Shown here in pieces: positions 1 through 9,680 of a stretch of 64,000 bases of DNA. The DNA lies in NCBI GenBank assembly GCA_902825985.1, contig CADEDC010000012.1, positions 29,602-93,601 on the forward strand, written 5' to 3'. Positions within the stretch are counted from its first letter, which is position 1. Every line of letters begins with the position of its first letter. The notes below the pieces were generated by a model. It saw nothing but the letters and a program-made list of their open reading frames with translations, was not told the DNA's origin and did no database searches. This stretch comes from an uncultured Acidobacteriota bacterium (GTDB taxonomy: Bacteria > Acidobacteriota > Vicinamibacteria > Vicinamibacterales > CAVVIG01). A program made the translations under genes and the position numbers.

Positions 1-1
1 C

Positions 2-274
2 GGTGAACGGCGCGGCCTGCGGTATCTCGCGTGGACCTGGGACCCGGACCCGGCCGACACCACCTGCACGGTGGAGTACGTGATCGTGCTGCGGGAGGCC
101 GACGGCGCCGTTCGCGTCGAGCACGACCGTCACGTGGAGGGGGTCTTCGCCCGCGCCGACTGGCTGCGCCTGCTGCAGGAAGTCGGGTTCGACGCGACCG
201 TCGTCCCGTTCGCCCACTCCGAGGAGGCTCCCGGCACGCTCGAGGTCTTCGTCGCCCGGCGTCGCAGCCGATAG
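2..274 (+). CDS. class I SAM-dependent methyltransferase, C-terminal fragment (5' end outside window)
   Basis: The frame is open from base 2 to TAG at 272-274. The tail ...TVEYVIVLREADGAVRVEHDRHVEGVFARADWLRLLQEVGFDATVVPF resembles the C-terminal region of small-molecule methyltransferases. GC3 is high. Confidence 0.55.
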   Translation, partial: GERRGLRYLAWTWDPDPADTTCTVEYVIVLREADGAVRVEHDRHVEGVFARADWLRLLQEVGFDATVVPFAHSEEAPGTLEVFVARRRSR

Positions 275-362
275 ACCGGGGACGGCGATTGCGCCGACGA
301 CGCGCGGCCGCTGCCAGGTCGCGCATCCCGCGTGCCGGCGCGCGGCGGGCGCGCCAATCCGA

Positions 363-3300
363 TCAGCGGCCGCCGGCGGTGCGGGCCAGCCCTTCGCGGG
401 CCGCCGCCGACGTCGGGTCGAGCGACAGCGCTTCGGCGAACAGCCGCGACGCGGTGTCATGCCGGCCGGCGTTCATCTCCAGCAACCCGAGATTCTGATA
501 AGTCGTCGGGTCGCGCGGATCGAGGTGCAGCGCGGCGGTGAAGGCCTGCCGGGCGCCGTCGGTATCACCGCGGGTCGCGCGAATCGCCCCCACCAGGTTC
601 TGCGCGCGCGCGTATCGCGCGTCGAGGCGCAGCGCGCGACCCGCTGCCGCCTCGGCGGCGTCGAGATCGCCGCGCATGAATTGCAGCGCCGCCAGGTAGT
701 AGTGACTGCCCGGCCGCGACGGATGGCGGGCCAGCGCGGCGGCCAGCCCGTCGAGGCGTGCGGCGTCGCCGGCGTCCGCGAACACGGACGCGAGCTGCTC
801 GAGGGCGGCCGGCTGCTCGGGATCGCGGGCGAGGGCATCGGTCGCGAGCTGCGCCGCCGCCGCCAGATCGCCCGTCGACGCCTGCAGCCGCGACAGCGCG
901 AGTCGCGGAGCGGTGAACTCCGGGTGTTGCGCGATGACCTGCGTCAGCCTGACCTGCGCGTCGGCCGGCCGGCCGAGTGCGACGGCGCTCTCGACGAGGG
1001 TCGTCAGGGCCTCGACGTGCGACGGCGCCTGCGTGACGGCCTCGTCGGCGGTCTGGTAGGCGGCGGCGAACGCGCCGGCGCGCTGCAGCATCGCGGCGCG
1101 ATGGGCGAGCTGCGGGCCGCCGGCCGCCGCCCACGCCTGGACGACCGCCGCCGGTCGCTCGCCGGATGCCGCGGCCGACTGCAGCCGCTCGACGTTGTCG
1201 CGTCGCGTCGAGGTTCGTAGCGCCCGGGGGGCCGTGAACTCCAACCCCATCCGATCGTCGGTCTGCACCGCCGCGTCACCGCGAAAGCGGGCGATCGTGT
1301 CGTCGCCGCCCAGATAGGTGGACAGCACGCCGAACGGCTCGACCACGCCCTGCGGCAGCAGGTCCTCGGCCACGCCCGGCCGCCGCCAGGCCTCGGCCAT
1401 CGTCTGGAGTCGCGGCGCGAACGGCAGTGCCGACCCGAGCAGCAGCAGGTCGCCCTCGCCCACCAGCCAGAGCGTCCCATGCGGAAACACCGAGGCGAAG
1501 GTGGCAACCACCGACTGCAGATCGGCCGTGCTGATGTCGTAGGTGTTCACCCACTGGCAGATGATGCCGCCCGCCGAGAGGCGGGCCCGGGCCGCCGTGA
1601 AGAACTCGCGGGTGAACAGCGCCGCGACGCCGACCATCCACGGATTCGACGGTTCCGAGACGATGACGTCGTAGACACGCGTCGACAGCGCCAGATGCGT
1701 GCGTCCGTCGGCGACGACCAGCCGCGTCCGCGGGTCGTCGAGCGGCGACGCCGCTCCCGCGGTGAACAGCCGTGACGCCTCGGCGACCTCGTGGGAGATC
1801 TCGAGCGCGTCCACGCCCCTGACCGGATGCACGAGCGCCGACGCGAGCGTGACGCCGCTGCCAAGCCCGATGATCGCGACCTGCTGCGGGTCGTCGTGCA
1901 GCAGCAGCGGCAGGTGGGCCAGCAGCTTCTGGGTCAGCATGTCACCGGCAGTCGAGGCGTCGACCTTGCCGTCGATCGCCAGCGCCAGCTGCCCGGTGAG
2001 CCGCTTCACCGACACGGTCCCGGTCGCACCGTCCTTGTAGTAGATGAGCGTGCCGGCACGCAGCGCCGTCTCGACGTCGACGCCGGCCGGCACGTCCGAC
2101 GCGTACTTGTAGGAACCGCTGGCGAGCAGTTCGCGGTCCCAGCCGGCGCCGAGAACGACGATCGCGGCCGACACGACGATCGGGATCGCCGCCAGCGCCT
2201 GCCGGAGCCGCGTGCCGCCGGACCACGCAAGCGCGCCGGCCGACGCCACGATCACCAGCAGCGTCGCCAGCTGCAGCGTCCGCTCGAGACCGACCAGCGG
2301 AATCATCACGAAGCCGGTGAGCAGCGAACCGACGACCGACGCAACGGTGTTGAGCGCATAGATGCCGCCGATCCGCCGCGACGGCGCCTCACCGCCGCCG
2401 GCCAGCTCGAGGGCAATCGGAAATGCGGCGCCGATGCCGATGGCGGCTGGCGCAATCAGCAACGCCGCGAGCGCCGCATGCGTGAACAGGAGGCTGCCGC
2501 CGTGCGCCGCCGCGAAATCGGCCATCACACGCCGCGGCAACCAGGTGCCGGCAGCGGTCGTGGCGGCCGCGATCGCGATCGCCGCGAGCCCGAGGACGAC
2601 ACCGAGCGCCATCGCACGCTGCCGCGTCCGCGCCGCCAGCATCGACCCGGCCGTGGCGCCGACCGCCAGCCCGCCGATGAAAACCGCCACCGTTGCCGCG
2701 AACGCGTAGGTCGACGGACCGATGACCAGCGCGAACACCCGCGTCCAGGCGATCTCGGTCGTGAACGTCACCACGCCGGTCAGGGTGAGGACGAATGCGG
2801 ACAGCCACACCTGCTCCGCCGCCGGCGCCGGCGCGCCGCCGCCCCGCGGGGTCCGGGCGGCGATGCCACGACGGACGCGGGCCGTCCCATTGCGCCGCCC
2901 GTCGGCTCGCGATGCGGCGGTGGCCGCGGCCGGCGGGGCGGCCGCGACCGACCGATCCGCGACGGCCACCGGCCGCTGACTGCCGAGTGCGAGCACCAGC
3001 GCCGCGACACTGGCCGCCACCCCAATCCACGACGTGGTCGTGACGCCGAACGCCGGCAGCAGGACGAACCCCGCCAGCACCGCCCCAACGCCGGCACCCA
3101 GCGTGTTCGCGGCGTAGAGGCGGCCGGCGACCACACCCGGGTGCACCGCGTCGTGCGTCAGGATCCGCACCGCCATCGGGAACGTCGCCCCCAATGCCAT
3201 CGCCGGCGGCAGCAGGAGCAGTGCACAGGCGGCGAGGCGGACCAGTCCGAACCCGACACCGCCGGTGCCATCACCATAAGTGGCCGTGAACACCGGCGTC

Positions 3301-3581
3301 AGGCCGGCGACGCCGAACGGTAGGGCCAGCGCCAGCCCGGCGACGACGCCTTCGAGGACGGCGTAGACCCGCAGGGCCTGCCGCGGCAGCAGCCGTGCGG
3401 CGGCACGGCCGCCCGCGAACGCCCCCAATGCCAGCCCGCCCATGAACGCCGCCAGCACCGTGCTCGACGCGGCCAGTCCGTGTCCCAGCGACAGGGTCAG
3501 CAACCGGGTCCAGCTCACCTCGTAGACGAGGCCGGCCAGGCCGGAGATTGCGTAGGCCACCAGGAACAGCCAGGTCAGCAT
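363..3581 (-). CDS. fused polytopic membrane domain / spermidine-synthase-like AdoMet fold / TPR-repeat protein
   Basis: 1072-aa ORF. The N-terminal half is many hydrophobic helices (MLTWLFLVAYAISGLAGLVYEVSWTRLL...). The centre has an AdoMet-fold block, VAIIGLGSGVTLASAL...YDVIVSEPSNPW. The C-terminus has Ala/Leu-rich TPR-like repeats. Confidence 0.85.
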   Translation of the reverse strand: MLTWLFLVAYAISGLAGLVYEVSWTRLLTLSLGHGLAASSTVLAAFMGGLALGAFAGGRAAARLLPRQALRVYAVLEGVVAGLALALPFGVAGLTPVFTATYGDGTGGVGFGLVRLAACALLLLPPAMALGATFPMAVRILTHDAVHPGVVAGRLYAANTLGAGVGAVLAGFVLLPAFGVTTTSWIGVAASVAALVLALGSQRPVAVADRSVAAAPPAAATAASRADGRRNGTARVRRGIAARTPRGGGAPAPAAEQVWLSAFVLTLTGVVTFTTEIAWTRVFALVIGPSTYAFAATVAVFIGGLAVGATAGSMLAARTRQRAMALGVVLGLAAIAIAAATTAAGTWLPRRVMADFAAAHGGSLLFTHAALAALLIAPAAIGIGAAFPIALELAGGGEAPSRRIGGIYALNTVASVVGSLLTGFVMIPLVGLERTLQLATLLVIVASAGALAWSGGTRLRQALAAIPIVVSAAIVVLGAGWDRELLASGSYKYASDVPAGVDVETALRAGTLIYYKDGATGTVSVKRLTGQLALAIDGKVDASTAGDMLTQKLLAHLPLLLHDDPQQVAIIGLGSGVTLASALVHPVRGVDALEISHEVAEASRLFTAGAASPLDDPRTRLVVADGRTHLALSTRVYDVIVSEPSNPWMVGVAALFTREFFTAARARLSAGGIICQWVNTYDISTADLQSVVATFASVFPHGTLWLVGEGDLLLLGSALPFAPRLQTMAEAWRRPGVAEDLLPQGVVEPFGVLSTYLGGDDTIARFRGDAAVQTDDRMGLEFTAPRALRTSTRRDNVERLQSAAASGERPAAVVQAWAAAGGPQLAHRAAMLQRAGAFAAAYQTADEAVTQAPSHVEALTTLVESAVALGRPADAQVRLTQVIAQHPEFTAPRLALSRLQASTGDLAAAAQLATDALARDPEQPAALEQLASVFADAGDAARLDGLAAALARHPSRPGSHYYLAALQFMRGDLDAAEAAAGRALRLDARYARAQNLVGAIRATRGDTDGARQAFTAALHLDPRDPTTYQNLGLLEMNAGRHDTASRLFAEALSLDPTSAAAREGLARTAGGR

Positions 3582-3664
3582 CGATGCTTCGAGTCTAGCG
3601 TGTCCGCCGGCCGCGAACGCGGGTAGACTCTCCCCGTTCGGGTCTACGGAAGGCGGGACGCATC

Positions 3665-4771
3665 ATGACGAGCCTCTCTCGCGGCATGTGCGGCGTCGGC
3701 GTGACCATCGCGGCGCTGCTGCTGTGCCGGCCGGCACCCACCGCGCAGGGCGCCCCGCCGGCGCCCGGCCCGATACCGACGTTCACCGTGGATCGGTCAT
3801 GGCCCGGGCCGCTGCCCAACAACTGGACGCTCGGGCCGGTGAGCGGTATCGGCGTCGATCGCGACGACCACATCGTGCTCGTGCAGCGCGCCGAGTCGGA
3901 CTCGATCAAGCAGGCCGGCGGCGCACCGGCGCCGCACGTCGTCGAATTCGATCGGTCTGGCGCCTTCGTTCGCGCGTGGGGCGGCCCGCCGCCAGCCGGC
4001 AGCGCCTACAGCTGGATGGAACAGGTGCACGGCCTGACGATCGACTACAAGGACCGCGTCTGGATCAGCGGCAACGGCGATCGTGACGCGCATCTGCTGC
4101 TGTTCTCGCGCACCGGGCAGTTCCTCAACCAGATCGGCACCCCCGGCCGGAAGAACGGCAGCAACGACACCAGCACCCTGGGCGCGGCGACGCAGATGCG
4201 TTTCGATCCGCAGGCCGGCGAAGTGTTCGTGGCCGACGGCGAGCAGAATCGCAATCACCGCGTGATCGTCCTCGATGCCGAGACCGGTGCCTACAAACGC
4301 CACTGGGGTGCCTACGGCCGGCGCCCGGACGATGCCGCAGCCGCCGCGACGGTCGCTGCGGACGGCCCGCCGCCGCAGCAATTCGGCAGTGCCGTCCACT
4401 GCCTGCGCATCGCACGCGACGGTCTCGTCTACGTCTGCGACCGCTCGAACAACCGCTTCCAGATCTTCCGCAAGGACGGGACGTTCGTCCGTGAAGTGTT
4501 CGTGGCGGCGCAAACGCGCGGCGCCGGTTCGGTCTGGGAGATCGAGTTTTCACCCGACCAGTCGTACCTGTACGTGGCGGACGGGACCAATGCGAAGATC
4601 TGGATCCTGCGCCGCGACACCTATGAGGTGGTCGGATCGTTCGGCGGTCCGGGACGCGAGCCCGGACGCTTCGCGACGTCGCTGCATGACATGATCGTGG
4701 ACTCGAAGGGCAATCTCTACACCGGCGAGGCGGCCGCCGCCGGCCGCGTGCAGAAGTTCACGTTGCACTGA
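3665..4771 (+). CDS. secreted NHL-repeat six-bladed beta-propeller protein
   Basis: Signal peptide MTSLSRGMCGVGVTIAALLLC. Repeated blade motifs are present: GLVYVCDRSNNRFQIF, SYLYVADGTNAKIWIL, GNLYTGEAAAAGRVQKF. Confidence 0.75.
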   Translation: MTSLSRGMCGVGVTIAALLLCRPAPTAQGAPPAPGPIPTFTVDRSWPGPLPNNWTLGPVSGIGVDRDDHIVLVQRAESDSIKQAGGAPAPHVVEFDRSGAFVRAWGGPPPAGSAYSWMEQVHGLTIDYKDRVWISGNGDRDAHLLLFSRTGQFLNQIGTPGRKNGSNDTSTLGAATQMRFDPQAGEVFVADGEQNRNHRVIVLDAETGAYKRHWGAYGRRPDDAAAAATVAADGPPPQQFGSAVHCLRIARDGLVYVCDRSNNRFQIFRKDGTFVREVFVAAQTRGAGSVWEIEFSPDQSYLYVADGTNAKIWILRRDTYEVVGSFGGPGREPGRFATSLHDMIVDSKGNLYTGEAAAAGRVQKFTLH

Positions 4772-4780
4772 GGAGAACAC

Positions 4781-5569
4781 ATGCGTCGGATGCTGACAGC
4801 CGCCACCCTGTCCGTCCTGCTGGTCACGCCGGGGCCGCACCCTGCCGCGGCCCAGGACCGCTTCGCCGCCAGCGGCGGCGAGATCACGATCACGCCGTTC
4901 ACGCACGCGAGCGTGCAGATCGAGTATGGCGGGCGCGTCGTCCAGGTCGATCCGTGGTCGGGCGGCGATCTCGGGCGGGCCCGTCCCGCCGATCTCATCC
5001 TGGTGACCGATGCGGATGCCGGCGGTCATCATCTGGACGCCACGGCAATCGCCCGCGTGCGCAAGCCGGGCGCTCCGGTGGTCATCCCGGCTGCCGGCAG
5101 ACAGGCGATCGCCGACGGCGTCGTCCTCAACAACGGCGAAGGGAAGACGCTGGCAGGGTTCACGGTCGACGCCATCGCCGCCTACGATCTGACGCCGGGC
5201 GACCCGTATCACCCGAAGGGGGAGGCGAACGGCTACGTGCTCACCATCGGCGGGAAGCGTCTGTACTTCGTCGGCGTCACCGAGTGTGTGCCCGAGATTC
5301 GGGCGCTCAGGAACATCGACGTGATGTTCGTCCCGATGAACCTGCCGAACGGCCGCATGGCACCGGCGGCCGCCGCCGAATGCGTGCGCGCCCTCAAGCC
5401 GACGGTGGCATACCCCTATCACTACGATCAGGGCTTCATCCGCCGTCGCGTCGACCCGGCGAAGGCAGCGAGCCCGCCGGACATCCTGAAGTCACTGGAC
5501 GAGCTTACGGCGCTCGTGGCCGGCGACGGCGTCGACCTGCGGCGGGGAGGCTGGTACCCGGCACCCTGA
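4781..5569 (+). CDS. secreted MBL-fold metallo-hydrolase family protein
   Basis: Signal peptide ending AAAQ. The motifs DLILVTDADAGGHHLD and GKRLYFVGVTECVPE match the beta-lactamase-fold UPF0173/UlaG-like layout. Confidence 0.65.
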   Translation: MRRMLTAATLSVLLVTPGPHPAAAQDRFAASGGEITITPFTHASVQIEYGGRVVQVDPWSGGDLGRARPADLILVTDADAGGHHLDATAIARVRKPGAPVVIPAAGRQAIADGVVLNNGEGKTLAGFTVDAIAAYDLTPGDPYHPKGEANGYVLTIGGKRLYFVGVTECVPEIRALRNIDVMFVPMNLPNGRMAPAAAAECVRALKPTVAYPYHYDQGFIRRRVDPAKAASPPDILKSLDELTALVAGDGVDLRRGGWYPAP

Positions 5570-5614
5570 GGTTTCGATGTAGAATTTTGTCGGCCTCAGC
5601 AGCCTGCCATCCAC

Positions 5615-8596
5615 GTGAAACATACGTACCGGGCGTCGCTCTGTCTCATCTCGGTCGCACTCATCTGTCTCTCGGTCGTGCCCTCGCGGGCCACCGATCT
5701 GCGCAGCGTGCTGACCGGCTACACAGTGACGTCCTGGAGCCAGAAGGACGGACTGCCGGCCGGCATCGTCTACGCGCTCGCACAGGACAACGAAGGCTAC
5801 ATCTGGGTCGCGACCGACGACGGGCCGTACCGTTTCGACGGAGTCCGGTTCAGTTCGTGGGAGCAGCTCAGCGATCAAGCGCTGCCATCCAAGCTCGTCC
5901 GCACGCTCCGGGTCGACAATGACGGAGCGCTGTGGGTGGGTTTCGCCGGCAAGGGTGGCGTCAGCCGGCTGCGTGACGGTCGAGCCGAGAACTTCGGTCA
6001 GGCACAGGGGTTGCCGAACTCGCCGGTCTCCACGCTGGTGGTGGATGCGCACGGCCTGTTGTGGGCCGGCACCGGCGTCGGCCTCTTCTTCTACCGCGAC
6101 GGCCGCTGGCAGAAGTACCCGTCCGACCGCGGCCTGCCGGACGAGTCGGTGTTCACCGCCACGTTTCTCGATCAGCGCAACCAGATGTACGTGGGGAACG
6201 CCGTCGGCTTCTACCGCTACCGCGAGGTGGACCAGCGCTTCGAGCGGGTCGAGACGACCACCGACATCGCGCGGGCCATCTCCGAAGATCCGCTCGGCAA
6301 CCTTCTCGTCACCGACGAGGTCGCCGGCTTCCGGCGCGTCGGTTCGCGCCAGCCGCCAATCGATCAGACCGAGCGCGGGCGCGGCCGACAGCTGCTGCGC
6401 GACCGGCGTGGCAACCTGTGGGTCGGCACCTCGGGTCAGGGACTCTGGCGCGTCCGCTTCGACGAGCAGGGGCGCATCCAGCTCACTGAACGGGCGACCG
6501 CCCTCACCGGCCTGCTCGCCGACGGTGTCTTCGCCCTGCTCGAGGATCGCGAAGGCAACATCTGGTCGGGCACGATTGAAGGCCTGAACCGGCTGACGCC
6601 ACACAAAGTGGCGCAGGTCACCGAGATTGGCCTGGTGGCCGGCGTCGAGTCGAGTGCCGATGGCTCGATCTGGGTCGGGACCGTCGACGAACTGCTGCGC
6701 TTCGGAAGTTCCTCGCTGCGGCGGGCCGACGAACGCGTCTCGATGAACGGCTCTCGGCTGCGCGCCCTCCACATCGACGCGCACGGCACCACGTGGGTGG
6801 CGACGACGCAGGGCTTGTCGCGGCTCGTGAAAGGGCAGCTCGTGCCGGTGAGCGTCACGACGGCCGACGAGATGCCCAGGCAGATCGATACCATCACGTC
6901 CGACGGGAACGGCGGCGTCTGGCTGTTCGACACGGCGCGCGGGCTGGTGCAGTACGCCGGCGGTCGCTTCAGCAACGTTGCGCTGCCGGTGTCGTTCGCG
7001 AAGACCCGGGTGTCGGCCACCTACACCGACAGCGGCGGGCGGGCGTGGTTCGCCTTCTCGGATGGCCAGGTGGCGTGGAGCGACGGCGAAGGGGTCCGCA
7101 TGCTCGGGCCGGCAGACGGCGTCGATGGCGGCGTCTACCAGGCGATCTACGAGGACTCGCTGCACCAGATCTGGCTCGGCGGTACGGCCGGACTCACCCG
7201 CTTTGCCGACGGTAAGTTCGTCACCATCCGCCAGGGCAACGGCTTCCCGGTCAACAACCTCACCGCCATCGTCGAGGACGGTGCCGACTACCTGTGGATG
7301 GGATCGGGCGTCGGCATCCTCCAGATCCGTCGCGACGAGTGCGACCGCGCCGCCGCCGACCCGTCGTATCAGGTGCACTACCGGCTCTACGATCGCGCCG
7401 ACGGACTCGCCGGGTTGCCGTTCGTCTACAGCACGAACCGGCGCGCCATCCGCGCCCGGGACGGTGGACTCTGGTTCGTCACGGCGCGCGGCCTGACGGT
7501 CATCGACCCGGACGATCTGCGGCCCGGCGACGACGCCTTGCCGGTCCGCATCGAAGGGATCATGGCGGACGGTGTCCGCCTGCGTCCCGAACAGGGCCTC
7601 CGGCTGCCGGCGCGCACGTCACGCGTCGAGATCGAATTCACGGCGCTCAACATGACGTCGCCGCTCAAGCAGCAGTTCCGCTACCGGCTCGAAGGGTTCG
7701 ATGCGGACTGGATCGACGCGGGCACGCGGCGCCAGGCGTTCTACACGAACCTGCCGCCGCGCCAGTTCCGCTTCCGGGTCATGAGCACGAGCGTCGCCGG
7801 CTCGTGGACCGACGACGGTGACGCGTGGGATTTCGGCATCGAACCGATGTTCTATCAGACGCGCTGGTTCATGATCCTGTCGGTCGGCTTCGTGGTGGCC
7901 GGCGTCGGCGGGGCGTGGCGTCTGCACGTCGGACAGGTACGGCGACAGTTCGCCCTGCTGCTCGGCGAGCGGGCGCGCCTGAGCCGCGAAATCCACGACA
8001 CGCTGCTGCAAAGCCTGGTCGGCATCGCACTGCAGTTCGACGCCATGGCCAACGACCCCGAGGCGACGTCCGACGCGCAGAAGGATCGCTTCGTGCGCAT
8101 GCGCAAGCAGGTCGAGGAGTACATCCGCGAAGCCCGCCAGTCGATCTGGGATCTGCGATCGCCCAAGCTCAAGGTACAGGACCTGGTCACCGCACTGCGT
8201 GAGGCGGGCGAACGGGCGACCACCCCGGCCGCGATTGCGTTCAATCTGACGGTGAACGGCACGCCGCGACGGCTGCCGGCCAAGACCGAAGAGCAGGTAC
8301 TGCGCATCGGGCAGGAGGCCGTGGTGAATGCAGTCCGCCACTCGCGGGCCAGCCTCGTGTCGGTGGAACTCGATTTCGACAGTACGCGGCTGGTCCTGCG
8401 CGTCCATGACGATGGACAGGGCTTCGAGCCGTCACGGGTGTCGTCCAGCAATGGCGGCGGCCACTACGGATTGACGAGCATGCGCGAGCGCGCCGAACAG
8501 ACAGGCGGCAGCCTGCGGGTCGACAGCGCGCCCGGACGCGGGACACACATCGAAGCCACGGTGCCGACCGCACCGGCCGGCGGCAAGGGCGTATGA
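5615..8596 (+). CDS. sensor histidine kinase with periplasmic two-component-regulator beta-propeller and Y_Y_Y-like region (HisKA_3 type)
   Basis: 993 aa. The first ~700 aa repeat GLP....V.....D..G..W.GT propeller units. A TM helix FMILSVGFVVAGVGGAW follows. The H-box is LSREIHDTLLQSL, and the HATPase boxes are EAVVNAVRHS, DDGQGF and GHYGLTSMRERA. Confidence 0.9.
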   Translation: MKHTYRASLCLISVALICLSVVPSRATDLRSVLTGYTVTSWSQKDGLPAGIVYALAQDNEGYIWVATDDGPYRFDGVRFSSWEQLSDQALPSKLVRTLRVDNDGALWVGFAGKGGVSRLRDGRAENFGQAQGLPNSPVSTLVVDAHGLLWAGTGVGLFFYRDGRWQKYPSDRGLPDESVFTATFLDQRNQMYVGNAVGFYRYREVDQRFERVETTTDIARAISEDPLGNLLVTDEVAGFRRVGSRQPPIDQTERGRGRQLLRDRRGNLWVGTSGQGLWRVRFDEQGRIQLTERATALTGLLADGVFALLEDREGNIWSGTIEGLNRLTPHKVAQVTEIGLVAGVESSADGSIWVGTVDELLRFGSSSLRRADERVSMNGSRLRALHIDAHGTTWVATTQGLSRLVKGQLVPVSVTTADEMPRQIDTITSDGNGGVWLFDTARGLVQYAGGRFSNVALPVSFAKTRVSATYTDSGGRAWFAFSDGQVAWSDGEGVRMLGPADGVDGGVYQAIYEDSLHQIWLGGTAGLTRFADGKFVTIRQGNGFPVNNLTAIVEDGADYLWMGSGVGILQIRRDECDRAAADPSYQVHYRLYDRADGLAGLPFVYSTNRRAIRARDGGLWFVTARGLTVIDPDDLRPGDDALPVRIEGIMADGVRLRPEQGLRLPARTSRVEIEFTALNMTSPLKQQFRYRLEGFDADWIDAGTRRQAFYTNLPPRQFRFRVMSTSVAGSWTDDGDAWDFGIEPMFYQTRWFMILSVGFVVAGVGGAWRLHVGQVRRQFALLLGERARLSREIHDTLLQSLVGIALQFDAMANDPEATSDAQKDRFVRMRKQVEEYIREARQSIWDLRSPKLKVQDLVTALREAGERATTPAAIAFNLTVNGTPRRLPAKTEEQVLRIGQEAVVNAVRHSRASLVSVELDFDSTRLVLRVHDDGQGFEPSRVSSSNGGGHYGLTSMRERAEQTGGSLRVDSAPGRGTHIEATVPTAPAGGKGV

Positions 8597-9222
8597 CTAC
8601 GGAGCCTCAGATTCGGGTGCTGTGCGTCGACGATCACCGGATCGTCCGCGAAGGCATCGCGCTCATCATCAGCCGGCAGCCCGACATGGAAGTCGTCGGG
8701 TCGGCCGCATCCGGCGAGGAGGCGGTCGAACTGTTTCGCACGTGCCGGCCGGACGTGACCCTGATGGACCTGCAGCTCGGCACGATGGGCGGTGTCGCTG
8801 CCATCCGGGCAATCAAGGCGCACGACAGCGACGCCCGCATCGTCGTGCTCACGATGTACAGCGGCGACGAAGACATCTATCGCGCGCTGCAGGCCGGCGC
8901 CGTCACCTATCTGCTGAAGGACACGCTGTCCGACGATCTCATCCGTGTGGTGCGCGAGGTGCACGACGGCAAGACGCCGCTGGGCCCCGACGTGGAGGCG
9001 CGGCTCGCCGAACGGGCGGCCCGTCCGCATCTGACGCCGCGCGAGGTGCAGGTGGTGGAACTGATCGCCCAAGGCATGCGCAACAAGGAGATCGCCGCCG
9101 CGCTTGGCATCAGCGAGGAGACCGCCCAGGTGCACGTGAAGAACATTCTCGCCAAGCTGAAGGTGAAGGATCGCACGGCGGTGGTCAGCGTGGCACTGCG
9201 CCGCGGCATCATTCATATGTGA
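8593..9222 (+). CDS. NarL/LuxR-family response regulator
   Basis: REC domain (VLCVDDH, DVTLMDLQL) plus a LuxR HTH (LTPREVQVVELIAQGMRNKEIAAALGISEETAQVHVKNILAKL). The start overlaps the kinase stop by 4 nt. Confidence 0.95.
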   Translation: MTTEPQIRVLCVDDHRIVREGIALIISRQPDMEVVGSAASGEEAVELFRTCRPDVTLMDLQLGTMGGVAAIRAIKAHDSDARIVVLTMYSGDEDIYRALQAGAVTYLLKDTLSDDLIRVVREVHDGKTPLGPDVEARLAERAARPHLTPREVQVVELIAQGMRNKEIAAALGISEETAQVHVKNILAKLKVKDRTAVVSVALRRGIIHM

Positions 9223-9277
9223 CCGGCCCGCCGCTTACCTGCTTTCGGGTACCACTCCGTGTACCCGAATCCGGTTA

Positions 9278-9306
9278 TTGACGCGTCGATGCCGGAACTT
9301 CACAAT
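9278..9306 (+). promoter_or_regulatory. candidate sigma-70-type promoter, unit 1 (TTGACG-17 nt-CACAAT)
   Basis: TTGACG at 9278-9283, a 17-nt spacer, and CACAAT at 9301-9306. The same hexamers and spacing recur 257 nt downstream with a different spacer sequence. Confidence 0.45.
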
Positions 9307-9312
9307 GATTGC

Positions 9313-9412
9313 ACTCGCTCCTTCGACAACTCCCGTCAAGCGAGAGCCTGTTCCGGCGGACCGTCGCTCGTGCCTCGGCTTCGGTGCGTCGGACAGGCGC
9401 CTTCTTCCCGAC
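9313..9412 (+). ncRNA. candidate small RNA, unit 1 (3' end uncertain)
   Basis: The 40-nt block 9314-9353 is identical to 9571-9610 and starts at the predicted +1. It folds as a CTCGCT/AGCGAG stem with a 19-nt C/U-rich loop. No ORF here has coding-like composition. Confidence 0.35.
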
Positions 9413-9534
9413 CACCCGCATCCGCAATCGCACGGATTCATCGCAAGCCGCGCGACCAGACAATTATGTCTGACGCCCGGTGCGCGCGCGAAGGCCAGCA
9501 GGCGTCGGCCCGCCCGTGCAACTGATTCCGGTTA

Positions 9535-9563
9535 TTGACGGTCGGTTCCGAACGTCGCACAAT
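9535..9563 (+). promoter_or_regulatory. candidate sigma-70-type promoter, unit 2 (TTGACG-17 nt-CACAAT)
   Basis: TTGACG at 9535-9540, a 17-nt spacer, and CACAAT at 9558-9563. It is preceded by the same tccggtta as unit 1. Confidence 0.45.
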
Positions 9564-9569
9564 GCGTGC

Positions 9570-9680
9570 GCTCGCTCCTTCGACAACTCCCGTCAAGCGA
9601 GAGCCTGTTCGGTGAGCCATCGTCCGTGCCTCGGCGGTGGTTCACTGGGCAGGCACCTTCAGTCAGGCCTGCCCGGCTCC
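9570..9680 (+). ncRNA. candidate small RNA, unit 2, with a GC-rich 3' hairpin
   Basis: Identical 40-nt block at 9571-9610 and the shared CGTGCCTCGGC block. A terminal hairpin GGGCAGGC (9647-9654) / GCCTGCCC (9667-9674) has a 12-nt loop. Confidence 0.35.

Noticed and set aside
5492-7378. A 628-aa minus-strand ORF.
   Set aside because: It is antisense to the propeller histidine kinase and has no recognisable domain. Other long ORFs were rejected for the same reason: 1791-3323 (+), 26670-28316 (-), 29373-31619 (-), 36974-38305 (-), 45355-47076 (-), 53646-54797 (-), 56228-57634 (-) and 57580-59367 (-).
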